DNA of 64,000 nucleotides. It comes from Lepidodermella squamata. Its lineage: Eukaryota; Animalia; Gastrotricha. Below, in pieces: positions 14,274 to 26,300 of this stretch. Both the position numbers and the translations under genes were made by a program. Positions within the stretch are counted from its first letter, which is position 1, and every line of letters starts with the position of its first letter. The stretch lies in contig JBLDXI010000001.1 in NCBI GenBank assembly GCA_047495785.1, positions 3,968,001-4,032,000 on the forward strand, in the 5' to 3' direction. The notes beneath the pieces were generated by a model, which ran no database searches, was not told where the DNA came from, and saw only the letters and a list, made by a program, of their open reading frames with translations.

Positions 14274-15387
14274 ATGGGCCATTCGAATTTGCTGGCAATG
14301 GATTTTTCACTTTTAGCTCTTTTGATCTCTACAAATTATCTAACAGGTGAGAAACTTTTATATGAAATTCTGAAAAATTTAAATTGTTTATATTTAATTC
14401 CAAAATTTAGCTCTTGCTCATAATATTCTGCGGATGAATGGGAATAGGCAGTTCCCATTTTTTCAATCGCCCGTTGAATACCAACCAATTTCAACTCAAT
14501 TTTATTCTGGGAGAAGAGCTTCGCATTTTCAAGGTTTTTCATCATTCATCTGTCAGCCTGGATAATTGTGATCATATTCTTAAAATAGATGTCCCATTTG
14601 TAGAGATTCCGCCGCCTCAACCTAGCTTTGCCGAATCGCCGTTCGATTTTCAACAAGAGGACCCAATGTTGGGGAATCAGATATTTTTAGTGATGCGAGA
14701 ACCTCGTGGAAGGTTGCCGATCCCGCGGAAAAATAGGTTTTTTAAAAATCGGAAATCAATCCAAGTTCCTATAATTGGCCACCTCAAAAATCCACAACGC
14801 CGGCCGTTTTATCGAAAATTCAGTGAACCGGAACCAGACTGGTACCGAACTTCTGGAACCGACTATCTGAACCCTCTGTCCAGCTTACCATCAATGATTT
14901 CGCTGCCTATTCAAGTCCCGGATGATTATTCCAAGGAAGAGTTCGTTGTAAAGAGCAAGCCGAGGTCAAACCAGCTCAATGACGAATTTTTCGATGAGCC
15001 GAAACCGGTACCAGCGCCTCCATTGAAGGAAAACCTTGGCCTGGAACGATTTCACATCAGCCCTAAAATTTTCCTTGGTTCAAAAAAATCCGGGAATTAC
15101 GTAAATTGCCTCGGAACTCGGTACCGAGTTGGAACCCTGAAAGAAGCCAAATCTCTGAGATGCTGTGGTTCCAGAGCGTAAGATACATTTTCCGGAATTG
15201 TTAAAACCTTAATTTTTGTTGTTCTCAAAGATACAAATTTTCCGATTTCGACTGCATTGATGGAAACTTGGTCGATAAATTCACCGACTCGTTCCGCTCT
15301 GTTGATCACGCCAGCAACAGTCAACTCTCGAAACAAGAAGAATTTCCTTTCAACCAAAGACTGAATATTCGTTCATTTTTTAATTAG
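14274..15387 (+). CDS. Secreted galaxin-like protein 3 (single Cys module), 4 exons (14274-14346, 14411-14533, 14589-15177, 15231-15387)
   Basis: Signal-like exon 1; P/F-rich body; one module NCLGTRY...LRCCGSRA|YKFSDFDC completed across an intron; exon phases sum correctly. Confidence 0.7.
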
Positions 15388-15481
15388 CCGGCAATTTTTA
15401 TGAATAAACCTCAATTTTCCGAAATTCCATAATTTTATTGAGCCATGAGTCAAGAAAATTTCATATTGCTGTCAATCAAAT

Positions 15482-17569
15482 TTAGAAAAATCTCCGATTA
15501 GGGCAGCCTTGAGTTGAAGGATCGTAAGGTCCAACACTGGGGCAGCATTCCAAGTTTTGATCGACATTTAGAACTGGCGGATAAGGCGAGCAGCAAATGT
15601 AGCCATCAGGACATGAAGATGTGGCTGATTGTCTATTGGGGCTTTGATTCGATTCGCCAAATGTTTCGGAAAATGAAGACGGGTTAATTGGACCCGATGG
15701 TGCTGTAGGTTGTGAACACCTTTGCTTCCGGGTATCGAAAATGTCCTTGCCGCAACAACCTAAGAATACATAAAAAGGGTAAAAATAATAAATTTTATGA
15801 AATTTGAAATATCAAATAATGGATCACTCAAAATTCAAAATTTCGAATTCTCAGGTAATTAAATTAAAAAATGCTCATTAGGTACTTCAAAATTAATCTC
15901 CATTGAAATGATAGAATTTTATAATTGTTTATGAATTTTTACCGTGGAAAAATCGCTGTGTAGCCGGAACCCAATGGCTGGTACCATCGCAGACTAAAAT
16001 CGATGAAATCTCCCTGGCAATAGGCGAAACAGTAGTCACCTCATTCCTGGCTGGGAATAGTTCAAATGTCGCTTCGTCGCATTGCTCTCTTGGCCAGAAA
16101 AACGCCTTATTGCCGCAGCAACCGTAAAATGACGCATCGACCAGCGGAACCGAAAAGCGGTGACCTTGACACGTGAGTACCCGATAATCCTGGTGGTCGC
16201 TGCTTTTCCGTTCGCTCGTCACGCTTCGGTGATTTTGAGCGAGCGACGCCCTGGCCTGGCTTCGATTAATCACAAGATTCCCCCGGCCGCAGGCTTCGCT
16301 TTTAATTTTGTACAGCGACTGTCCGCAACATTCGTAAATCCCGACTGGTACCATCCATTTCTTCCCGTCACAGTTGAAAATTACCCGGTTGATACTCGCA
16401 GGTCCTACGGCAGGTTTTTTATCACCCCGATTCGGTTCGACTTTTTGATAACGGGTTGGAGGCGCTTTCGGGTAGTTTTGGAGCCGGTTCAATAATTGGT
16501 TCGGTACCACGCTGGAACCAGCTGGTAATCGAAGAGAGGATAAGGACTCGGTTGGAACCGCGGCTAAAATGTACCCGGAAACTTGCTGTGGTTCCACCAT
16601 GACAGGTGACTTCGGGGTTGGTAACGTTGGTACCGCTGCCGGTTCCAAGTTGGAACCCTGAACTTGATTTCTCGAATTTTGCACGATTTTATTTGTTGGA
16701 ACTCGCTGTTTTTGAGGCTGGTCGTAGTTGATCACGGTTGGTACCAGTGATTTCACGTCAATCAACTGCTGCCCGGGCGGTTTTGGCAATAACCACCCTT
16801 CGGAATTAGCCACGAAATTTTCGGGCAGGAAAACAAAAAATGGCGATTTTTGCTGATTCGATCTATGCCGATTCGACTTGAAATCTTGCTGCTCTGGGCC
16901 TAAATAGACGGCATCGGTACCAGTTTTGCCCCTGGAACCAGAAGCTGGCATCGTTTCTCCGTCGATGTTTATCAGGTATTTATCGTCGTTTTTCCGGTTC
17001 GTTGGTTCCAGCATCAAATCTAGTCCTTCGTTATCCTCGCTGACTTCAACCTGGTCGCTGATTTCGTCACGCTCGGATGAATAATCTTCAACCTTCCGAT
17101 CTTCTGTCTCGCGATTTCGTCGATTGCCCGCCACGCTTGGCTGATCAGCGCCGAGATAGACAGGTTTTTTGAAATTGTTCTCCTCCTCGCTATCTTCAAT
17201 TTCCGGATCTTCGTCGACTACAACCGGCTCGGCGTTTCGAAGTGCTTTGTACTTGGCCGAGAGTTGAGTCGGTCTTCGGTAAAAGCTCCGCGAATTCCCA
17301 AATAAATCGTCATTCAACTCGACTCGATTCGCGCCAGTCGTAGCGTTGATTTCCATTTTTTGGGGTGTTGACGTGGTTTTGGAATAAATTTGGTCTATCA
17401 TTGCCAATCTCGGCTGTTTCGCATTGCGACGTCTCGGCCGGATAAATGAAGCGTGACGGCGGAGCGGTTTGTTAGTCTCCTCAATTGATGATTCATTTTT
17501 CTGTGGCTCAACAAATCGAATAGCAACAGTTAGAAATAAAAATTCAGATAAAATGCGTGTAAAATACAT
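15482..17569 (-). CDS. Secreted galaxin-like protein 4, 634 aa, 2 exons (17569-15943, 15759-15482)
   Basis: Signal-like N-terminus; E/D-rich then P/Q-rich disordered region; three modules plus terminal CPDGYICCSPYPPVLN..ECCPSVGPYDP..C. Confidence 0.85.
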
Positions 17570-17821
17570 TTTCAAAATTTTTATGTCTAATTTTTTCTGG
17601 CAACTATTATTAAGAGTTTTCTTCCACAAGCATTGACACCTTTCTCATCTGCGCTGCATTACTTTCGTCGCTATTCAGCAAATTGAAGCTGTCAATTTTC
17701 AATTTTTAGCACTTTTTTGCAACAGTTGTATGTTACCGACTCGCAAAAATATTAATATAACACAAAAAATTGCTGTTTTATTGCTTCTAGATGAGACATT
17801 AACAGAATTTGTTTGAAATTA

Positions 17822-19087
17822 TCAAGAAAGGATGCAAGCGGAAACCTCAGGATCGTATGGACCTGAAAAATAGACAGTTTTATCGAGCGACAATCTGTTT
17901 GAAAAAATAATTACCAGCACCAGGGCAGCATCGAAATCGGCCATTCGAGTTCAAAATTGGTCTCGAGTCATTGCAGCCTAGAAAATTCGTAAATATGAAA
18001 AAAATGAATCCAAAAGTTTCAAAATTTACATAGATGAGCCTGTGGACAATTATCATCGTTAGAGTTGGGTATCCAAGGATCTAGTTCCATTTTGGAGCCG
18101 ATCGTGTCATCATTTCGATGGGATATCAACGATTGTTGATTGCAAATCGATTTCCGCTTGTCGAACAATAACAGCCCGCAGCAATCTATGGTTAATTTGA
18201 AAATTATTTGAAAAATTATTAAAAAAATACTAACAAATTTCATGAATAATGGCAATTATTTAAATTTCTTAAAAATTACCATAGTGGCTCCGAACAGACC
18301 CTGGAACCGGGTAAATAGCTCCACCGCAGTTCAATTTTTCGTCCATTTCTCCAAAAATAGTTCCATCAGCTTTTGCTACAGACTTGATATCACTTTGATC
18401 GAAAATCTGACCCGGCCTCCGGGATGGCAGTCCCATCTTGGTACCTTGCATCGACTTTTTCGTGCAAGTCTCGCCCGGCCAGTAGTAGACCTTACTGCCG
18501 CAGCATGAATAAAAAGCCGCATCGCGAGGTATTGCATAACGATGACCTTGGCACGTTAATATCGTATGAATTCCATTAGCACTAATTTTAGGCACGCCGG
18601 TTCCGCTTGGTGCTGGGATAAAGACGCGTTTAGCCTGTGGTAGTTCGATAGCTGGCTCTTCAACGACCTGTTTAGGCGGGGCGTAGACTGCATTGAAAGC
18701 TGAAACTCGATCTTTGTGAATTGCTGGGTAGTAAGAAGGCCGATATATTTCAGCTTTATGGTGGTAAATGAAGCGTGACCGATTTGGGGATCTGTTGGAT
18801 CTAGCTTGAGGCCGAGTGATGGCTGGCTTTAATACATTCTCGTCGATTTCAATTGTTTCAGCCAAAACCCCATCTGCAAATGAGCGATACCGAATTAGTT
18901 GAAAATTTGAAAAATTATTGAAATTTAAATGAAAATTTGAAAAATTCTTATTTATATAAAAAAAAACAAAAAAATTCCAAAATTTTTTCAAATATCTGCG
19001 CCTACCTTCGCATCGTACGACATTCTCAATAATTGTTGAGAAAATCAACAAGAGAAACGCAATTTTACGGTTAATTAGCTGAGCCAT
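17822..19087 (-). CDS. Secreted galaxin-like protein 5, 5 exons (19087-19006, 18873-18280, 18185-18030, 17977-17915, 17862-17822)
   Basis: Signal peptide; modules CQGHRYAIP..FYSCCG..YYWP, CGGAIY..YDCCG, CPQAHLCC..RCCPGAGPYDPEVSAC; all introns phase 1 GT-AG. Confidence 0.82.
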
Positions 19088-19468
19088 ATCTCCCGATGGG
19101 ACAAAACTGAGAAATGAAAATGGTAACTATCTTGCAAACACCTTATTTGACACCTTCCATGTAATATTACAACTTTCCGGGTATTACAATGAGACACCTT
19201 TCATCAGAATGAATTAGATGACAATAAAAACAGGTCAACCATTTTAGAAAAAAATATTTTATTCTTTCAGTCGAAACAAATTACTCTGAACTAAGTCATT
19301 GCCTCGCTTTTTGAAAGCGATTTGATCCTAGAAACCTATACAGTGAAAGGGGCAAAATTTAACCAGGCTTAAAAGGTAAAGCCTGGTTAGACCCTTTCAC
19401 ATCGAAAAAGTCGAAAATAAGCTCAATTGCAGCGTAGAAAATAATTCGATTCATTGTTGAAAGTTTGG

Positions 19469-22400
19469 CTATATCGGCACACAAAGTTGAGTTGTCGAGT
19501 CGTAAGGCCCTAAAATTGTGGTTAAAACAATTTTGACCGAAAATAAATTATAAAAATTACCTGCTCCTGGGCAACATGTGTACTTATCATCGGCATTAGG
19601 AATAGGAGTGTAGCCGTCGCAGCACAAAAAATCCTGAGGGCAAAGAGGCTTCGATTGCTGACCATTCGAGCTATTAGGCTGGGATCCGGGTGAAATCGGA
19701 TTGGGAAGCGGATCGGTCGATACGCTTGAATTTGTGGTAACGCAAGATGAAGTATGCGTGTCATACAAAGTTCGACCGCAGCAAGCTTAAAAAAATGAAC
19801 AAAATTTGGCGAAATCATTTGAGCCGCGACAAGTGAAAACCGTAGCTTACGACATTTTTTTCAAATTCGTGTTTATTGCATGGTCTAATGCAGTTTTTTG
19901 CGCTCATTCCAAATCTGAAACCCATTTTTTTATATCTGCTACCGTTCTCAAGATATTAACAATTGAGTGCGCGCACATTAAAATTGCAATTTTTCAGGAG
20001 AAGCAAAAAACTAAAACAAAAGATTCGCACATTTAATAGCGACAAAATTTAATGAAACCTTTGCAAAATGTGTTGACCGAAACGCCTTTCATTTAGTGGT
20101 TTTGATGGCCAACTAGTGCAGTTTGAGTCGTAGATTCTGAATTTTGCATTATTATGAACCTAAGCCCTGCTGATCTACCTTAATCTAACTCTTTTTGCAA
20201 AGCACTCATTTTCACAATTCCCCACTGTTCTTGCGTCTCTGTTTTTATGCTCTGTTTTTAAGCTGTGTGCCAACGAAACCGCCAATTGCGACGAGCTGGA
20301 AGGCTCGCCTTTTTATATGGCTACAGCCGTTATAACCAATAAGCAGCATACCACAGACGCAATTTTAGTTTCAGACTTAACAGCGGTCCTCAAAACATCC
20401 ACTCACGTTACATAAGTTTTTTATCGCAATCGGCATCCACCATCCACCGGCACACTGCTTATTTTTCACAGAATTTAAAGTGTAAGGCAGGCATTTTAGC
20501 CGTTCTGCAATCAGGGTACGATAAAATCAGGGTACGAATAAAGTATTCGAAATGATTAGCTTGGATAAATAATGCAAGTGCCAATGGCCTAATTTTGTTA
20601 GCCTGATAGTTTCCGTTAAATCGACGATCCCTCTTCTCACAATCAACAATAGTATTGAGCTTCTTATGTTGATTCATAGCTATAGCAGTCTTGACTTCAA
20701 AAACCATGCTACATTAATGGCTCGTTACATAACTTTTAAAAATTGGCGAGAGGTCCCTAAAATAAAAAATTGAAGATTTTATGCTCGAAAAGTGATCAAA
20801 TTTTGTTGACATCAGCCCCAGGGCTATGTCGTGTCCCAGGCATAATTCATTTCAATGCTAGCTAGGGAGCTCGGCTCTACTCTAGCTGCAGTAATTTCAC
20901 AGGGAAATTCGGAAAATTAATGGGAAAACAAAGAAAACAGTATTCTTTCGTGAAATTCATCCTATGATTTAATCTTGATTTCAACGGCGATTTACCCTCT
21001 TCCCTCAAATTCAGTATTTATCCTTGCCATAGGAACCTAGCCCTATTCATAGATATGATGGCAGATCACCAAAAGCTACATTGATCATAGAGATGATAAA
21101 AAAATCGCACTCAAAATTCGGATTTTGACGTTTTTTGATGAGTCATCCGCATTCCGCACGTTAGCGTCAAAGGTCAAGTTTCGAATTTATGGGCGGTTTT
21201 TATGTCTAAAAATACTGCAAGTAACAAGCTTTGAAATGAATATAGTGTTCTCGCTCGAAAAAGGTAATGGTAAAAAGTTTTACGCGCACCCCAAATTTAC
21301 CACAAAAACTACGAAAATGCGTAAATTTCGTGTTTTTTGACGCACTCGCATTTTTAGGTTATAGCAGGAAAACTATGCATCGCAGAGAAAATCGGATTGC
21401 ACCAGCAGATTCCTCATGAAAAACTGCACTAGAAAATTATGAAAAGTCGATTTTGACAAAATTCACCTATCAAGCCTTCTTTGCGTTCTTGTGAAAATTT
21501 CTCACAAGTGCGTAAGCTACGGTTTTCACTTGTCGCGGCTCATTTTATATCTGTCCACGGGCGAAATATTGAAGCTTCGAGCTTAAAAAAATAATTGAAA
21601 AAATTTTGAAATTTAAAAAATAAATTTTTGAAATGTGTGTAATTTTAAAAACAAATTTTTCAAATTTTTGAAAATTTCATTTCTAGTAGGATAGAATTTT
21701 TTCAAAGTTTTACCGTAATGTTTGCGCTCGGATTTAGCCACTGCGAAAAACGTGCCGTTGCAGGAGATAGAAACGATAACTTGAGCCGGTTGCGGCTGCG
21801 GAGTAGGTTCAGCCGGGCGCGAAGCCAGTGGCTTAATCACGCCATCGATACACATCTCAATCTTCCAGTAGTACAACTTATCCTCGCAACACGAATAAAA
21901 CTGCTGATCCCCGGCCACAGGGTGCGCAGTGCCTTTGCACAACAATATTGTCCTAGGCGGCGAATCATCAATGCCAAAATCCTTGTTAGGATAATAATAC
22001 TGGCCGCCATCGTTGTTATTGTTGTTAAACCTCGGAGGTTCGGCAAAATTCATTGGAGGTGATTGTTGGAACTGTTGGCCATTAGCCGGCACGATCTGAG
22101 ATTGTTGGCCGCCATTCCATTGCGGTGGTACCTGCTGGTTCCAGCCTGGAACCGGTTGTTGTTGTTGTTGTTGTTGTTGTCCCGGTCCCATCATATATTG
22201 CGGGTTATTATGACCCTGATGTCCCAAATGGGACCAATTATTGGGCCCGCCTTGTTGTTGCGGCTGTTGTTGCTGTTGGCGTTGTGGGAAAAATTGACTG
22301 TTTTGGCCACCCTGCAAGCCCTGCTGCAACTGCGGAACCTGAGGTTGAGGTATTATTCGATTGACATTTGGCGATGGCTGTTGCGGGAATATTGGCCGGC

Positions 22401-22565
22401 GATTGCCTGGGGAGTTGTTAATTGGCAGCTGGCCAAAATTTTGGGCGGAATTGACACAAGCAAATAATAGCACAAGCCCTGAAAAATTTTGGAATTTTCT
22501 TTTAATTTTCAAATATTATACAGCAAAAATAAATCACCTGGGAAAACCAGAGGCGGTGCCCACAT
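19469..22565 (-). CDS. Secreted galaxin-like protein 6 with Q/G/N/P low-complexity N-terminus, 4 exons (22565-22538, 22478-21714, 19785-19561, 19509-19469)
   Basis: MWAPPLVFP|GLVLLFACVNSA signal; polyQ tracts; RKHY|ACCGRTLYD joins across a 1.9-kb intron holding a transposon; terminal CPQDFLCC..CCPGA|GPYD. Confidence 0.82.
19821..21541. mobile_element. Non-autonomous DNA transposon, Sola2-like, 1721 bp
   Basis: Perfect 31-bp TIRs GAGCCGCGACAAGTGAAAACCGTAGCTTACG (19821-19851 and 21511-21541) flanked by a 4-bp ATTT duplication (19817-19820, 21542-21545). GAG...CTC ends with an AT-rich 4-bp TSD fit the Sola superfamily. No transposase ORF inside. Confidence 0.85.
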
Positions 22566-23184
22566 TGAGAATAATTTCAGCTATTTCCGCATTTGCTTTC
22601 GTATTTTTCTACATAAATGTAAACAAATTAGAAAAAATGGCGATTTTTAAGTGTAAAAAGTACGCGAATTCCCCTTAAAAAGATGCTATCAACAAAAATT
22701 ATAATTGGTAATTATTTTTCCCATTTTCACCATCACGTTTTGTGAAAAGTTGATGTTATCCTCATCTTTTTGTTTATTTATACACAAGAACAAACATCCG
22801 TCTCAAGTATATTTTAATAAACCTAAAGAAATACTCAGTTGTTTTTTAAACGTAACGAGAGCCGGTGCCTTTTGGAAGGTAAATAACTGAAAGCCTTGTA
22901 CTCGAAGGTGACATATATCCAGTATATTAGCCCAATTTTTCTATTCAAATGCTGCGTGCTTGTGTTCTGTGAAAACACTTGTTGTGGCTAATTGAACTCT
23001 CCGCTCACTTGCGGACGTGTTTTTCGGCACCTTTTATTGTCCCATCAGTAGTGCGAGCGTGAGACCTGAGTGGAGGCTATTATTAACTGCCGGCAACAAA
23101 ACTGTACAAAGAATAAAACTGGAACACATTTTGATCATTCTTTCATATTTCCGAAAAATTATCATAAATTTGAGGCGCTAGTAA

Positions 23185-23206
23185 TAGGGTTAGGGTTAGG
23201 GTTAGG
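23185..23206 (+). repeat. Short interstitial (TTAGGG)n tract, about 3.5 units
   Basis: tagggttagggttagggttagg. Confidence 0.7.
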
Positions 23207-23325
23207 ATTATAGGATGTAGGATAATTCCAAAAAACGAGTACTGCCGAGATGTTTATTTCATAATTCAAAATAAAAGCGAGTGAAGCAAGTAAATAGTTA
23301 TCAGTATTCCATGAATGAGTTCAGT

Positions 23326-26300
23326 TCATTGTATCTCGTGTTGATTTTCCAGTAATTTTGAGTCTGAAACACACTTTTTAGCCGGTTCATGCCGTTTTGC
23401 TGGTCCGGTTTTAGCCCCACCACTAGCCGGTCTTTGCTGGTTAGCAGCCGTGTTAGATCGACTCGGTGGTTGAAAAGTCTCGCGGATAACTTGCAGCGTT
23501 TTCTTATTAAGGACATACGTGTAAAAAATGAAAACGCCTTGAAGACCGTTCAGTATAACGAAGCCGTACCATAAGACCAGCCCGACGCCATATTCGTCCG
23601 GTATAAAGGGTGCTATACAGCCGAGAAGCCACGTCAGTCCCATCATTAGAGCCATTTTAGCGTAGATTCCTAACCGGCGGATGTACTTTGCCCTCTTCTC
23701 CTCACGTTTCTTCTTCTTATCAACTTCGTTAAGTTTCGCTGTAGAAGCTGAATCATGAGCCATCCCGCGAAATGAGTTAGCCTTGATCTGTCTAGCGATT
23801 AAGATGAAGAAGACAATGTCGATGATGAGAGCCGTAACAACAGGGCATACGAAAAATATCAATAGAGCATTAGGATCTGAGATCCAGCAGACAAATTCGG
23901 CATAGCGAGGGGATATGTCGCTATCTGGGGCGGATTGATCAACTACTACAGCAGTAAGGACTATGATCAAAGGAATCGCGAGGCTAACCCCCGAGAGAAG
24001 GTAGAGCCTCTTCGACGACTCCTGGTGCTGTCCTGGGACTGAGCTTTGCCGCACTGAGTACCATAAATCGATGTATAAAGCAGAGGCTAGGCAAAATGTT
24101 GCCAGATAGCTGAAGTGTAGCGTAGTCCCAATGATGTTACAAGCGGCTTCTTTCCATTTCGGAGATCGGAAACAATTCTCTTCATAAGTAGGCTCCAACT
24201 TGTGCCTAGGCTTAATGATAGTCACGTCTACGTAGATATTGATAAGGACCATAATCATTCCTAAGCAAAGGAAGCATGATAGTAACATAACTAACTTCGT
24301 CGGACGATTTCTCAACTTCGGGAAGGCCGTTAGTATGGCAATCACAGCAATTAAACAAAATAAAGACACCCAAATACTGATAGATCCGACAAGACTCAAG
24401 AAGTCATCGCTTCGGGGTATGATGCTTTGAGTTAAGGATGATTCAGACGAGTAAGAAGCAGATTTGCGAAAAATTTCGCATAGACATGGATGTGAAACTT
24501 GGAAGGTCTCTGTCATGAAGCTGTAACGAAAGCATTGGCTCTCAAGAATGAAATCCGGCTCATTTTCCTTAGCTAAGACAACAGAGGTTCCATTAACAGT
24601 TTGTTCCTGGCGCAGTAAGAAGAAACTGCGACTGAAGTCCAGCCATTCAACTTCCGTCTGGTCCATAAGTTGAGTCATTTGGGGAAGATAGAAAGAATGA
24701 AATGCTGAGCTGAATTGAATTCCAATGGTGATGTCGCCTGCCGCGCGTCTGACGCAAATTTTCCAGCGTTCGATGAAAATTTCTTGCCGACCACCGCTGC
24801 ATCTCCCACCGCCGTGATGTCTCGCGATCGCCTCTTCCGCTGCCACCAATTTGAATAAGTCGAACATATAGCGATAGCTGAAATCTGACCGTTGCATGCG
24901 GTGGATGAAGGATTGAGCTTCACTGAGGCCTGGGAATTGTTTTGAAATGACGAATTCGCCTGAAAAAGAATAAATTTCACGGTTGAATGGTTCCGTACTC
25001 TACCTAAGCCTTCCCGCAATAGCATTTGATACATTCATACTACCTAGTGATAATGTTGTTTTGGTGCCTAGTTTTTGCCCTGTTTGCTGCGAGTTATGGC
25101 AATAGTGAGGTGGAACAGGCGAATAGAATGGCTGCTGAATTCAAAAGAAGGCTTATGGAGCAAATGAGACCCTCATCGCCGAGTACCATCACTAGTTCGA
25201 CCAGTCTATGGACATCAACTTCGTTACCTACTACTACACGAAAGCTAAATCGAGGGGTAATATCTCCCACGGATTACAAAGAGTTGTTGCAGAAAATGTT
25301 GGCTCCTCGACAGGTCACTTCTTCATTGCAGCCAACAACCCAACAAACGACAACGACAACAGATGCAACATTCCCAACTACAATTCTCCGGACATCAACC
25401 GCGTTCTTTACAACGCGAAAGTTAAATGGAGGGATGTCTGCCAAGGATTACAAGGAGATGTTGCTAAAGATGTTAGCTTCTCGGCAGGTTACCACTTCAT
25501 TGCAGCCAACAACCCATCAAACGACTACGACAACGGCAGCACCATCCACAACTACAATATCACCTTTTGATGAGTTAAATATTGCCAGGCAGCTAGCTCA
25601 ACTTATGTCTGATCAATTTCGAGAAATCTACGAGCGCATGAGGAAAGCGAAAGAGGAAAGGAAAAATGTGAACAAAACTCACCTTGTTTAACGCAATTTA
25701 GATCAAGAATTTCGGAGCTAGTATCGTTTTTCAATTCTTGGCCACATTGCTGTGACAGTTCTTGATGATTGCTCGAACACATTCGATAAATAAAACCATC
25801 TTTGCCATGCGCCAGGCTTTTAGGCGTACCCTGGAGCTGATCCGTATCGCAAGGCGTAAATTTTCGGTCGGTCATGTTGAATTTTTCACACATGAACACT
25901 TCCTGCATGATCACGTCATCCGCAACTGGTAAACATATCGCTAGGGGTGAATTAACTCCCTCGATGGCGGAAATGTTCAGAGAGTAGTGGCAAAATATGT
26001 CCTCATCAGCGGTTGCATTGAGATCTTGTTGCAGCAGATCTACAGAGCCATTGCATTTCACGTTGATAGGAAGTGGCCTGATCCTAGCCATATTTAAGTC
26101 GTTTTGAAAACATTTCGCACAGCTCATGCTCGAGAAAACAAGACCAAGGTCTTGGTGGTAAACAGGGAGTCGCTCAATTATTTCGGAAGAATTTCTCCCA
26201 AAATAATTTGTAATCTCATCCACGTAACAAGCATCACATTCCGTCATAGCTTTATGAACATGGATGACGGAGCCTTTTGGATCACCCAAAGCTAACTCTT

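Noticed and set aside
15929-17629. ORF-track termini of galaxin-like and other genes
   Set aside because: Many track ORFs start at TTG/GTG or run into introns; spliced models replace them.
20459-21340. Short ORFs inside the Sola-like element
   Set aside because: No transposase or other motifs; AT-rich random ORFs.
22063-22467. Poly-Leu and poly-Val ORFs
   Set aside because: Antisense readings of the CAA/CAG polyQ tract in galaxin-like gene 6.
23185-23206. TTAGGG tract as a telomere or fusion scar
   Set aside because: Only about 3.5 units, one orientation, in intergenic DNA; too short to interpret.
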